Of a stretch of 45,501 bases of DNA, positions 25,578-35,204 are shown in pieces; position 1 is the first letter of the stretch; each line of letters begins with the position of its first letter. The translations under genes were made by a program, and so were the position numbers. The notes beneath the pieces were generated by a model. That model saw nothing but the letters and a program-made list of their open reading frames with translations. It did no database searches and was not told the origin of the DNA. Source of the DNA: Polyangiaceae bacterium (GTDB lineage: Bacteria; Myxococcota_A; Polyangia; Polyangiales; Polyangiaceae); the NCBI GenBank assembly GCA_044222475.1, contig JBGANF010000056.1, positions 1 through 45,501 on the forward strand, given 5' to 3'.

Positions 25578-26177
25578 ATGCCGCTCGCAGCCGCCTCCGC
25601 GACGCTCGGCGTTCAGATGGCGGCCGCGGCGGGCAGCGTCGATCCGCCGGGCATCGTTGCGTGGACGGCAATCGGGAGTGTCATCGCGACCACACTCCCC
25701 GCGTCCTGCAGCGCGTTCAACCCGCTCAAGGGCACGCCGATGGTCTCGACGGCCGGGGTCGTGCTTCCGGGGAGCGGAGGCCTCGTGAGCATCGACGGCA
25801 CCCCGCTGGGCCTCCTGCTCGCCGCCGCGTCAGGGAGCGTCGATGCGGCCGGCATCACGAAGTGGACGAACATCGCGCGCGCGCTCGTCGACTGGATGGG
25901 AATGAACGCCGTGTACGGACCGGCAGGTCTCGTCGGGTACACGGGTGTCGGGAGCGGCCCGGTGACGGGCAGCGGCCAGGTCCAGTTCCTCGACGAGAAC
26001 ATCGGACCGACGCTCGCGGAGGCCGCCGGGTCCACCGACGCGACCGGCATCGCGAAGTGGATGGCCATCGGCGCCGCGTTCATCGCGGCCGTGAAGACGA
26101 ACGGCCAGATCGCGCCCACGAGCCTCCAGAACCCTGGTCCGTCGGGGCCCGTGACGGGCGCTGGCACCTTCTCCTGA
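25578..26177 (+). CDS. Tail-tip-region protein made of three ~66-aa repeats
   Basis: AAAGSVDPPGIVAWTAIG / AASGSVDAAGITKWTNIA / EAAGSTDATGIAKWMAIG; SGPVTG occurs twice. Confidence 0.7.
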   Translation: MPLAAASATLGVQMAAAAGSVDPPGIVAWTAIGSVIATTLPASCSAFNPLKGTPMVSTAGVVLPGSGGLVSIDGTPLGLLLAAASGSVDAAGITKWTNIARALVDWMGMNAVYGPAGLVGYTGVGSGPVTGSGQVQFLDENIGPTLAEAAGSTDATGIAKWMAIGAAFIAAVKTNGQIAPTSLQNPGPSGPVTGAGTFS

Positions 26178-26193
26178 TCCACGAACAACCTCG

Positions 26194-26676
26194 ATGGCAG
26201 GCTTCGGACACCAGCCCGCGGGCTCCACCTCCGCCGGTTGGGGCACGCCCGACCTCGCCGATCTGCCTGGCGGCGACATCCTCCGCGATCCGGCGACCGG
26301 CGCGCGCATGGGCAGCCGGCGCATCAACCCGCTGACACGCGATTACGAGCTCGACGAGCACGGACGGCTTCTCGGCGAGATGCAGGTCCGCCACCTCGTG
26401 CAGATGGCGGTGCGGACGCTCAAGGGATCGTCCGCGATGCGCAGCCTCGGCCTGAACACCAGCGCGATGAGCCGCATCACCGGTGACTTCGAGCGCCGCC
26501 TCGCGGGCGCGCTGACGAACGCCGTCCAGCACCTCACCGACGCGAGCCTGATCGAGGTCCTCGGCGTGTCCGAGTACCGAGCCGGTGTGCGAGGTGGCCT
26601 CCAGGAGGGGCGCGTCTACGCGCGCTTCCGCTGGCGCGATCTCACGACGAAGCAGGAGCACGAGGAGCTCGTCTGA
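26194..26676 (+). CDS. Baseplate wedge/sheath-initiator protein (Mu gp46/gp25-like)
   Basis: Size and position immediately before baseplate J (TGATG coupling); 'VQMAVRTLKGSS...LG'. Confidence 0.55.
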   Translation: MAGFGHQPAGSTSAGWGTPDLADLPGGDILRDPATGARMGSRRINPLTRDYELDEHGRLLGEMQVRHLVQMAVRTLKGSSAMRSLGLNTSAMSRITGDFERRLAGALTNAVQHLTDASLIEVLGVSEYRAGVRGGLQEGRVYARFRWRDLTTKQEHEELV

Positions 26677-28196
26677 TGGCGCAGCTGCTCAACTTCGTCG
26701 TCAAGGACGCCATTAGCATCCGCGACGACGTCCTCCGCACGATCAAGAACGGCCTCGTCCGGCGCGGAGTCGAGAGCCCGAACGTCTCGCCCGGCAGCGA
26801 CTGGTTCGTTCTCGCGACCGCGCTCGGCAACGAGCTCGCCGTCGTCGGCGCGAACGCCATCGTCAAAGCCGACGAGCAGATGCCCGACAGCGCGACAGGT
26901 GACGGCCTCGCGCGCATCGCCGACATCCTCGGCCTGTCGAAGCAGGCGGCCGCGGGCTCGGTCGGCTTCATCGACATCGTCGCGAGCGCGACTAGCCCGA
27001 TCCCCACGGGGCAGGAGCTGCTCGACGCGAACGGCCTTCGCTACCGCGTCACCGTGGGCGGGAACTACGCGAACGGCGCGACGGTCCCCGTCGAAGCGGT
27101 CGATAGCGGCGCGGCGACGAACAAGGCCGAGGGTGACGTCCTTCGCTGGAAGGTCTCGCCCCCGTTCTGCGACGAGAAGGTCACCGTCGCCGCCGGCGGT
27201 CTCGTCAACGGCATCGACGCCGAGGACGACGAGGCGCTCCGCGCGCGGGTGCTCGCGGTGTTCCAGAACCCGCCCGGCTCCGGGAACTGGGAGCACTGCG
27301 CCGAGCTCGCCGAGGAGGCGGACGCGCGCGTGCAGAAGGCGTTCGTTTACCCGGCCGCGCTCGGACCGAGCACCCTCCGCATCGCGGTCACCGCCGCGCC
27401 GACGCTGAGCAGCAAGCTCCGCGACGTCGCGAGTGCTGTGCTCTCGGGCACCGTCGAGCCGTACGTGAAGGGGAAGCTCCCCGAGCACGCGCACATCGAG
27501 GTCACCACCGTTGAGAACGTCGAGTGCGACGTCGCATTCGGCCTATCGCTCCCCGAGGCGCCGACGGCGAACCCGCCGGGGCCCGGAGGCGGCTGGCTGA
27601 ACGGCGCACCGTGGCCGGCGCCGAACGGGCTCACCACCTTTCGCGCGGAGGTGACCGCGGTTACCAGCAGCACGGAGTTCACGGTCGACGCCGCAAGCGC
27701 GCCCGCACCCGGCGTCTCGCGCATCGCTTGGCTCAGCCCCGTGGACTGGCGCCTCTACACGGCGCTCGTGACGTCCTTCTCTGGGGCGCCGGGCGCGTAC
27801 GTCATCAACATCGACACGCCGTTCACCGGGATCGCGAGCGGCAGCCTGATCTGGCCGGACTGCCAGAACGCGCGCGTCTACTGCGAGACGGCGCTCGCGC
27901 AGTTCGCGCTCATGGGACCCGGGGAGGTGACCGCGAACACGAGCGCCCTCGCGCGCGGCTTTCGCCACCCGATCCCCGCGAACGGCTGGCCGATGTCGAT
28001 CGCCCCGCATCTCCTCAACGCGCTCGCGAAGGCGCACGACGAGCTCCTCTCCGCGCAGTTCTTCTACCGCGCGGCGGTGGGACATGCGTCGGTGCTCGGC
28101 GCCGCCGGCCAGCTCACGCCGAACGTGCCCGTGTCGATCTCGAGCCCGCCGAAACAGTTCGTCCCGCGCAACATCGCCTTCTACCGCGTCCCCTGA
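26676..28196 (+). CDS. Baseplate J-like wedge protein (Mu gp47-like)
   Basis: 'QMPDSATGDGLARIA', 'AVDSGAATN', 'NGIDAEDDEALRARVL...PPGSGN', 'KAFVYP...GPST'. Confidence 0.9.
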   Translation: MAQLLNFVVKDAISIRDDVLRTIKNGLVRRGVESPNVSPGSDWFVLATALGNELAVVGANAIVKADEQMPDSATGDGLARIADILGLSKQAAAGSVGFIDIVASATSPIPTGQELLDANGLRYRVTVGGNYANGATVPVEAVDSGAATNKAEGDVLRWKVSPPFCDEKVTVAAGGLVNGIDAEDDEALRARVLAVFQNPPGSGNWEHCAELAEEADARVQKAFVYPAALGPSTLRIAVTAAPTLSSKLRDVASAVLSGTVEPYVKGKLPEHAHIEVTTVENVECDVAFGLSLPEAPTANPPGPGGGWLNGAPWPAPNGLTTFRAEVTAVTSSTEFTVDAASAPAPGVSRIAWLSPVDWRLYTALVTSFSGAPGAYVINIDTPFTGIASGSLIWPDCQNARVYCETALAQFALMGPGEVTANTSALARGFRHPIPANGWPMSIAPHLLNALAKAHDELLSAQFFYRAAVGHASVLGAAGQLTPNVPVSISSPPKQFVPRNIAFYRVP

Positions 28197-28203
28197 GATC
28201 GAC

Positions 28204-28725
28204 ATGACGCTGCCCGACGTCGACTCGCTCGCCAGCTACGGCGGGCCGCTCGCGGACTACTCGCCCGTGGTCGATCCGACGACGGACGAGAGCGCCGTGT
28301 TCCGCAACAAGTACGCCGCGAACGTCGCGATGATGACGCACACGGCGGTGCGCGCCATGCGCTCGTTCATCGGACAGGCCGGCGTCGATCCGATCGATCC
28401 CGTCGTCGGCTTCGTGCACGACGCGGTCTGGGGCGCAGGTCCGTCGCTGAAGCCGAGCGTCGTCTGGCAATCGACCGGCATCTGGCTCGTGACCTGGCCC
28501 GCCACGGTGCAGAGCGAGCTCTCGCCTGCGCTGCCATCTCAGGGCGGCGGCACCACGCACGCCGTCAACCTCCGACGCGCGAAGGCAGAGGTCGAACTCG
28601 TCGACGGGACGAAGTACGAGGCCACCGCGCGGATTATCGCCGCCAACGTCGTCGAGGTGCGCGGGTGGCTCGCGGGAGCGCTCGACGATCTCGACGGCAA
28701 GCTCGTTACCGTGTGGGCGTGGTGA
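28204..28725 (+). CDS. Hypothetical tail/baseplate protein
   Basis: ATG at 28204, GC3-rich coding, within the baseplate operon. Confidence 0.65.
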   Translation: MTLPDVDSLASYGGPLADYSPVVDPTTDESAVFRNKYAANVAMMTHTAVRAMRSFIGQAGVDPIDPVVGFVHDAVWGAGPSLKPSVVWQSTGIWLVTWPATVQSELSPALPSQGGGTTHAVNLRRAKAEVELVDGTKYEATARIIAANVVEVRGWLAGALDDLDGKLVTVWAW

Positions 28726-28728
28726 TCG

Positions 28729-29457
28729 GTGGGCTTCGGCGGCTACCACCCGCATCCGCGAAGGTTTGGCGGCGGTCGGCCCGCGCTCCAGGTCTTCCAC
28801 GAGTCGCTCAACGCCCAGCGCGGCTCCGCGCTCGCAGGAGACGACGCCTCCTCGATCGTGTGGCTCGAGGACCTCGCGCTCATGCGCGCCGTCGTGTTCG
28901 ACGGTTGGCACACGAACCAGCGGCTCGCGCACCAGTGGGATCCGCGGCGCATGAGCGACATGCTCGCGCGCTGGGAGCGCCTCATGAAGCTGCGGCCCAC
29001 GCCAGGCGCCAGCGACGGGGACCGCCGCGCAGCGATCCTCGAGCGGTTCGAGCGCTTCGCGGGCATCGCGAATCACGCCAAGCTCCTCAAGAACCTCGAG
29101 GAGGTGCTCGGCGAGGTGCTCGTCGGCGTCGAGTACATCAGCCTCACGAACGCAGTCCTGCACGTGCCGGACAACACGTACCCGTGGGGCACGGTCGCGC
29201 CGGGCGCGATGTGGACGAACAGCGTCGCGCACGTCCTCGTGCGCATCCAGAAGCCCGACGGGTACACCGAGGGCGAGTTCTACGAGGCGGCGGCGAAGGT
29301 CGGTCCCATCGTCGACGCGATCGCGCCGGCGTGGATCACCTACGACTGGTACCGCGCTCCTCTCAGCACGCCAATCGCCGTCGCAGGTGGGCCGTCGGCG
29401 GGCGGCTTCTACCTCGATGACGACCACAACCTGGACAACAACGTCTTCGACATCTGA
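28729..29457 (+). CDS. Baseplate wedge protein (Mu gp48/YmfQ-like)
   Basis: 'DPRRMSDMLARWERLMKL...RRAAI' and 'IAPAW' motifs typical of the family. Confidence 0.65.
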   Translation: MGFGGYHPHPRRFGGGRPALQVFHESLNAQRGSALAGDDASSIVWLEDLALMRAVVFDGWHTNQRLAHQWDPRRMSDMLARWERLMKLRPTPGASDGDRRAAILERFERFAGIANHAKLLKNLEEVLGEVLVGVEYISLTNAVLHVPDNTYPWGTVAPGAMWTNSVAHVLVRIQKPDGYTEGEFYEAAAKVGPIVDAIAPAWITYDWYRAPLSTPIAVAGGPSAGGFYLDDDHNLDNNVFDI

Positions 29458-29466
29458 GGCGCCACG

Positions 29467-30750
29467 ATGACGATCCTGCGTGTGAGGCCGGCCGACTGGG
29501 GCATCGGCGAGAAGCTCACGAGCAGCGAGATGAACGGCGTGGACTCGAACGCGTCGTACGCGCTCGACAAGCGCCTCGGCGAAACGGACACGCTCGAGAG
29601 CGTCGTCTCGTGCGCCAACGGCGGGCGCATCCTCGTGGCTCAGGGGCTCGGCGGCGACGCCGACGCGACCTACGCCATCGGCGACGGCAACTCCCTCATC
29701 TACGTGCCCGCGCTCACGGCCGACCGTGAGTACACGCTGAGCAACACCGGAGCGGTCCAGGGGGACACCGTATCGGTCTTCATCGATCCGACCGTCGCCA
29801 CCTACGGCGTCCTCGTCAGGGACGCGAGCTCGAACCCGCTCTTCCTCCTCGGCAACGCCTCCGGCGCCGATGGTCAGCACGCGACGTTCGTCTTCCTGTC
29901 AGGCGCCTGGCACCTCTTTCAGGGTGCGCGAGCGCGGTTCCGCACCGAGCTGTGGACAACGCCGGGCGCGTTCAATTGGACCGTGCCTCGCGGCGTCACC
30001 AGTGTCCGGGCGATGCTCGTCGGCGGCGGCGGAGGAGGCGGAGGCGGGTACGGTGGCGGCGCGAACTGCACCGGTGGCGGTGGTGGCGGCGGCGCGCTTC
30101 TCCTCGACGTCAACCTCACGGTGACCCCGGGCGCCGTGATCGCGGGTAGCGTCGCGACCGGCGGCGCGGCGGGCAACGGCGGCACGATCGGCAACTACGG
30201 CACGAGCGGCACTGCCGGCGGCGACTCCACCTTCGGATCGCTGACCGCTTACGGCGCGAACGGGGGCTTCCGAGGGGAGCTCGGCGGCAGCAGCACCTAC
30301 GCGCCTCCAGGGCTGCCGCGGCGAGGCACCAACAACTTCTCGCCGAACGGGATCTCGACGCTCTACGACAACTCGTTCATCCCCGGGCAGGGCGGCTGGG
30401 CGCGTGGCACCGTCAACGGCTACGCGTCCCCGCACGCGGCGGGGCAAGCGGGCTCGCTCGGCGGAAACGGCGGAATCGGAGGCTCCTCGCCCGGAGGCTA
30501 CGCCGGTGGTGGCGGCGGCGGGGGTGGAGGCGGCTCCGGATGGGCGAACGGCAACGGCGGCGCCGGCGGCAACGGCGCGAGCGGCAACAGCGGCGGCGTT
30601 GCGTCGTCCCCTGTCGCTGGCTCGCCGGGGACCCTCGGCGGCGGTGGTGGCGGCGGTGGCGCCGGCGGATCAGGCTCGGCGGGAAGCTCGGCGGGCGCAA
30701 GCGGCGGCGCGGGCGGCAACGGCGCCGGGATGATCATCTACGTGAAGTGA
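29467..30750 (+). CDS. Glycine-rich tail fibre protein
   Basis: 'WTVPRGVTSVRAMLVGGGGGGG...GGNGAGMIIY' glycine-rich fibre domain, following the baseplate wedge genes. Confidence 0.75.
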   Translation: MTILRVRPADWGIGEKLTSSEMNGVDSNASYALDKRLGETDTLESVVSCANGGRILVAQGLGGDADATYAIGDGNSLIYVPALTADREYTLSNTGAVQGDTVSVFIDPTVATYGVLVRDASSNPLFLLGNASGADGQHATFVFLSGAWHLFQGARARFRTELWTTPGAFNWTVPRGVTSVRAMLVGGGGGGGGGYGGGANCTGGGGGGGALLLDVNLTVTPGAVIAGSVATGGAAGNGGTIGNYGTSGTAGGDSTFGSLTAYGANGGFRGELGGSSTYAPPGLPRRGTNNFSPNGISTLYDNSFIPGQGGWARGTVNGYASPHAAGQAGSLGGNGGIGGSSPGGYAGGGGGGGGGGSGWANGNGGAGGNGASGNSGGVASSPVAGSPGTLGGGGGGGGAGGSGSAGSSAGASGGAGGNGAGMIIYVK

Positions 30751-30763
30751 ACGGCGGCGTTCG

Positions 30764-32566
30764 ATGCCTTCCCCGATCTGCGAGGTGCGCGACGGCGCCG
30801 GGCCGTACCAGTCGACGGCGTTCGGCGTCGACATCACGCCCGGCAACGTCGTCACCATCCGCCTCGCCGATCAGAGCGACGTGGACGCGTGGAGCATCAG
30901 CTGCCTCACGACCGACGAGCTGAGCGACCGCGACGCGATCAACGCCGCGCTCGTGGTCGACAACGCCACGAAGACGGCGACGTTCACGGCGCCCGTCGAC
31001 TTCGGTCGCACGCTGCGGTTCCGGAGTCGGATCAACAACGGCCTGGACGTGAACTTCGTCGAGCGTGACGAGTACACGACGACGTTCTGCATCTACGCGC
31101 GCACCGTGGGCGGGCACCGCGTGCTCGCCGTCGACGAGCGCCTCGAGGGCGACCCCGACTTCGGCTGGATCGCGTCCTTCAACGATGCGCTGCGTGCGCC
31201 ACCGAGCGGCGAGATCAACACCGCCTCGAACGTCGGCGGCGCGATCGAGCTCTTCAAGGAGAAGTTTGGCGGCGATCTCCGGTTCCGCACGCTGCTCGCG
31301 GGCGTCGGTATCGCGCTCACGCAGAACACCGACACCCTCGAGATCGCTTCCCCGGTCCCGACGGCTACCGGCTTTCGGAAAGTCGTAGCCGGGGTCGAGC
31401 AAGCCGCGGCGGCGCCGATCGATCTCGCAGACGCTGCGGACCGCACGGGCGTGCTCCCAGAAGCGAGCGGCGGCACCGGGAACGCGAGCCTCATATTCCC
31501 TGTCGGGGTCGAGACGATGGTCGGCCGCGACACGGTCGACACGCTGACGAACAAGAGCATCGACAGCGCGGCCAACCTCATCACGCTCGACACCAGCGTG
31601 CTCGTCTCGGGCGTACTCGGGACTCCGCGCGGCGGGCTCGGCCTCGACGACGTCGCCCTGGCGGCGAACCCAGGGAAGCTCCTTCGCGCGCACGAGAGCG
31701 GCAGCGGCGTCGTCGAGCTCGCCGAGCCCGTCTTCGGCATCGGCAGCATCGGGCACCGCCTCACGGGCTCGTCCGGGGTGCCGATCCAGATCGCCGATCT
31801 GACGGCGATCACGACGATCTATCTGACGCCGTACCTCCACACCTTCATCCATCTGTGGGACGGCTCGAGGTGGCGCCTCTGCGAGACCGAGGAGATCTCG
31901 ATCGCGCTCGGGACGCTCATCTCCGACCGCAACTACGACGTCTTCGCCTACTGGACCGGCAGCGCGGTCGCCCTCGAACTCTCCACCGCGTGGGCGAGCA
32001 ACACCTCTCGGACGGACGCGCTCGCGCGACGCAACGGCGTCCTGGTCAAGTCGGCCGACCACACGCGCCGCTTCCTCGGCACGTTCCGCACGATCAGCAC
32101 GACGCAGACGGCAAATTGGTACGGCAGGCGCCTCCTCTGGAACCGCTACAACCGGGTTCGACTCGGGCTGCTCCGGCAGGAGACCACCGACTCGTGGACG
32201 TACGCATCGTCTGTCTACCGAGCCGCGAGGGCGGACGCGAACAACAACGTCCAGTTCGTCTCCGGCGAGCAGACGCACCTCGATCTGAGCGTGCAGTCGA
32301 TGGCCTACGTGACCGCGACGGGGTGGGGCTGCTCGGTCGGTCTCGGGTTCAACGCGTCGAACGTGAACAACGCGCACCGCTTCGGCGGCATCTCGAACGC
32401 GAACGCGTACCAGTACGTCCGGGCCGAGTACAACGCGCACGTCGGCGTCGGCTACAACATCGTCTACTGGACCGAGATCAGCGGCGGAACGACGATCACG
32501 TTCTACGGCGACATCGGAAGCCCCGGGTACTTCCAGTACGGGATGCTCGGCAACCTCCTCGGCTGA
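30764..32566 (+). CDS. Tail fibre / receptor-binding protein
   Basis: 'NTASNVGG...LRFRTLLAG', 'DTLTNKSI', 'GVLGTPRGGLG', 'RFLGTFRT...LLWNRYNRV'; the N-terminal ~144 aa is paralogous to the next gene. Confidence 0.7.
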   Translation: MPSPICEVRDGAGPYQSTAFGVDITPGNVVTIRLADQSDVDAWSISCLTTDELSDRDAINAALVVDNATKTATFTAPVDFGRTLRFRSRINNGLDVNFVERDEYTTTFCIYARTVGGHRVLAVDERLEGDPDFGWIASFNDALRAPPSGEINTASNVGGAIELFKEKFGGDLRFRTLLAGVGIALTQNTDTLEIASPVPTATGFRKVVAGVEQAAAAPIDLADAADRTGVLPEASGGTGNASLIFPVGVETMVGRDTVDTLTNKSIDSAANLITLDTSVLVSGVLGTPRGGLGLDDVALAANPGKLLRAHESGSGVVELAEPVFGIGSIGHRLTGSSGVPIQIADLTAITTIYLTPYLHTFIHLWDGSRWRLCETEEISIALGTLISDRNYDVFAYWTGSAVALELSTAWASNTSRTDALARRNGVLVKSADHTRRFLGTFRTISTTQTANWYGRRLLWNRYNRVRLGLLRQETTDSWTYASSVYRAARADANNNVQFVSGEQTHLDLSVQSMAYVTATGWGCSVGLGFNASNVNNAHRFGGISNANAYQYVRAEYNAHVGVGYNIVYWTEISGGTTITFYGDIGSPGYFQYGMLGNLLG

Positions 32567-32578
32567 CAGGGACGCTCG

Positions 32579-33343
32579 ATGCCCAGCCCGATCTGCGATG
32601 TCCGCGAGGGAGCCGGCGCGTACCAGAGCACCACCTACGGCGTGGACGTGTCGGCGGACGCCGCCATCACGATCCGCCTCGCGGACCAGTCCGACGTGCA
32701 GAGCTGGTCGATCCAGTGCGTTACCACCGACGAGACGAACGACGCCGAGGCCCTGACCGCGGCGCTCGCGATCGACAGCGCGACGAAGACCGCCACCTTC
32801 ACGGCGCCTGCCCCTGGCAGCACGCTTCGCTTCCGGTCGCTCATCAACAACGGGCTCGACGCGAACGGCATCGTCGACGACGACTACGAGGCGACGTTCT
32901 GCATCTACGTCCCGACACCGGACGGCAAGCGCGTCATCGCGGCTGACGAGACGACCGAGGGACATCCAGACTTCGGCTGGATCGAGCCCCTCAACAAGAT
33001 CATCCGCGGCCGCACCGTCGTAGCGACCGGCGATGACGTCCCGACGCTCGCGAAGCGCTACCCGGTAGGCGACGGTGACGTCCGCCTCATTCGCGCCGTC
33101 GTGAAGGTCCAGAGCACGGATGGGTCCGGCGCTGTGCAGGGCGAGTGGGACGTCCGGGCTGCGTACGCGCGCGTCGCCGGCGTGCTCGCTGCGGCGTACG
33201 CCCCGAGCACCACCGCGCTGTTCACCGTCGGCGGGCCGGCCGGACCTTCCCTCGCGCTCAACGGCGACACCGACGTCGATCTCAACATCACCGGCGTCGC
33301 TGCGATGGACCTCGCGTGGACCGTCTCCGACGTCGCGCTCTGA
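32579..33343 (+). CDS. Short fibre/virion protein sharing its N-terminal anchor domain with 30764..32566
   Basis: Both start MPSPIC(E/D)VR and share TIRLADQSDV, TKTATFTAP, TLRFRS.INNGLD and EG.PDFGWI. Confidence 0.7.
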   Translation: MPSPICDVREGAGAYQSTTYGVDVSADAAITIRLADQSDVQSWSIQCVTTDETNDAEALTAALAIDSATKTATFTAPAPGSTLRFRSLINNGLDANGIVDDDYEATFCIYVPTPDGKRVIAADETTEGHPDFGWIEPLNKIIRGRTVVATGDDVPTLAKRYPVGDGDVRLIRAVVKVQSTDGSGAVQGEWDVRAAYARVAGVLAAAYAPSTTALFTVGGPAGPSLALNGDTDVDLNITGVAAMDLAWTVSDVAL

Positions 33344-33374
33344 CGATCCGCATCGTGAAGAGGAGGAACCGTCG

Positions 33375-33821
33375 ATGTCCGATCCGAAGCTCGACGCCCA
33401 GCTACGCGCCTACCTCGAGGACGCGGCGCGCGACAAGGCCGAGGGCAACACCATCGCCAACCTCCGACTCGAGGTCCATCAACTCCGAGCGGACATGAAC
33501 GAGCTCTCCACCGAGCAGCGCCTGATGAAGCTTCGGATCGACCGACACGGCCGGGACATCCGCGAGATCAAGCAGCGGATCGACTGGGGCGATGGCGACC
33601 ACCTGGCTGACACGGGGCAGCACCAGGTCGAAGACCTGCGCCGCCACCTCGCCGCGAAGGAGGCCGAGCTCCAGGGGCACAAGGACTCGGGCATGTGGTG
33701 GAGGCGCAAGAAGCGCGAGTGGATAGTCGCGTTCTTCGGAGCCGCCGCGATGCTGGTCCTCGGCGCGTTCGGGACCGTGACCTGGTTCTTCATCACGCGC
33801 GTCGTCCTCAAGGACCACTGA
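33375..33821 (+). CDS. Coiled-coil protein with C-terminal transmembrane helix (lysis region)
   Basis: ATG at 33375 follows AGGAGG; heptad-like N-terminal half; 'WIVAFFGAAAMLVLGAFGTVTWFFI'. Confidence 0.65.
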   Translation: MSDPKLDAQLRAYLEDAARDKAEGNTIANLRLEVHQLRADMNELSTEQRLMKLRIDRHGRDIREIKQRIDWGDGDHLADTGQHQVEDLRRHLAAKEAELQGHKDSGMWWRRKKREWIVAFFGAAAMLVLGAFGTVTWFFITRVVLKDH

Positions 33822-33885
33822 CGCGCTCGGCACGACAGGCGAGAGCGCTGGCAGCACCGCTGCGCAGCGAAGGGAGAGATGCATC

Positions 33886-34443
33886 ATGAATCAGACGCTG
33901 TGGACAGCGACGGCCGCCTTCGTCATCGGCGGCGCCGTGCGCGCGATCAAGGCCGACTCTTTCCCGCTGAGCGTCCCGAAGCGCGCGCTTCCGTGGCTCG
34001 CGCTCATCCTCGGCTTCGCCTCGGCGCTGCTCGACGCCCGCATGAACGGAGTGGACTGGGAGACGGCCGCTGCCTCGGGCGTCACCGCTACGGCGCTCGC
34101 GGTCTTCGGACACGACGTGCTCCGCGGCGTTCCGGGGGTGAAGCGCCTGCTCAGCCTGGCGCCGTTCGCTCTCCTCGTGTCGACGGTCTCGGCCTGCACG
34201 CCGGACGCGCGCCGTGCGCTGCTCGAGCAGGGGTTCGACACCGTCCAGTGCGCGCTGGCGAACATGCACCTCCCCGACGACAAGCTCGTGGTGAAGTGCG
34301 CCATCGAGACCGGCGATCTCGATCGGATCATGCGCATCGTCGGCGAGGCCCGTCAGGCGAGCGCGAAGGCCGAGTCTCGCGGATTCGAAGCAGGCGCGCG
34401 CGCGTCGGCCTCGTCGAAGCCGCTCTGCCCGGACGGCAAGTGA
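33886..34443 (+). CDS. Holin-like membrane protein with an in-frame C-terminal lipoprotein-like module
   Basis: Three hydrophobic segments in the first ~80 aa, then 'VKRLLSLAPFALLVSTVSAC' lipobox and a Cys-containing helical tail. Confidence 0.55.
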   Translation: MNQTLWTATAAFVIGGAVRAIKADSFPLSVPKRALPWLALILGFASALLDARMNGVDWETAAASGVTATALAVFGHDVLRGVPGVKRLLSLAPFALLVSTVSACTPDARRALLEQGFDTVQCALANMHLPDDKLVVKCAIETGDLDRIMRIVGEARQASAKAESRGFEAGARASASSKPLCPDGK

Positions 34444-35204
34444 TGCGCGGTCTCGGCTGCGTCCTCGATCCGCCGGAGGTCGTCGCCGGCGAGCTCCGCA
34501 CGAGGCACGTCGCGTCCCTCATCGGATCGGACGCGGCGTACGCGCCCGTCCGCGACTGGCGCGATCGCCTCGACTACGTGCCCGACCAGGGCGCGACGGA
34601 GACGTGCGTCGCGTGGTCTCTCTCGACCGCCACCTTCCTCGCGGCTCGCGTCGCCGGCCTGCCGATCGCGCGTCCGAGCGTGCGCTGGCTCTACGCGATC
34701 AGCCACTGGGCCTGGCAGCCCGGCACGCCGATCTCGCCCTACGGCCGTAGCGTGCGAACGATGGCGCTCGCCGCCGAGCAGCACGGCCTCGTGGCTGAGA
34801 CGCGCTGGCCGTTCGAGGTCGCGCGGGTGACAGAGCCTCCGCCGCTCGACCTGGACGTTGCGGGCGCCGACGCGCTCCTCACCGGGTGGTACCGCGTCGG
34901 CGGCGGTGACGTCCCGACGCAGCTCCGGATGGCGCTGAACGCCGGACACTTTCCGATGCTCGCGCTGCAGGTCCGCGAGAGCTTCGACGCCTACCGCGGC
35001 GGCATCTACATGCCGAGCGGTCTCGCGCGGGGCTGGCACATGGTCGTTGCCGTCGGCTACTCGCCGGGGACCTTCGTGCTCCTGAACTCGTGGGGTGCAG
35101 CACACGGTGACGGGGGCTTCGTCCTGGTCGCAGACGAGCTCGTCACGGGCCCCGAGGTCGCCGACATCCTCGTTGTCACGACGGCGCCGAAAGAGGTGCG
35201 CTGA
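34443..35204 (+). CDS. Papain-like cysteine peptidase (family C1)
   Basis: 'DWR...DQGATETCVAWS' (Gln/Cys), 'GWHMVVAVGY' (His), 'LLNSWG...GDGGF' (Asn); ATG at 34443 by TGATG coupling. Confidence 0.88.
   Translation: MRGLGCVLDPPEVVAGELRTRHVASLIGSDAAYAPVRDWRDRLDYVPDQGATETCVAWSLSTATFLAARVAGLPIARPSVRWLYAISHWAWQPGTPISPYGRSVRTMALAAEQHGLVAETRWPFEVARVTEPPPLDLDVAGADALLTGWYRVGGGDVPTQLRMALNAGHFPMLALQVRESFDAYRGGIYMPSGLARGWHMVVAVGYSPGTFVLLNSWGAAHGDGGFVLVADELVTGPEVADILVVTTAPKEVR

Noticed and set aside
30020..30730. GGC-rich runs as a DNA repeat element
   Set aside because: Fully explained by poly-Gly coding in the fibre protein.
17974..33343. Complete tailocin or eCIS
   Set aside because: No sheath, tube or AAA+ ATPase gene is recognisable, and replication genes are retained.
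29467..33343. Diversity-generating retroelement or invertible fibre cassette
   Set aside because: No reverse transcriptase, no template/variable repeat pair, and all fibre genes are co-oriented with no inverted crossover sites seen.
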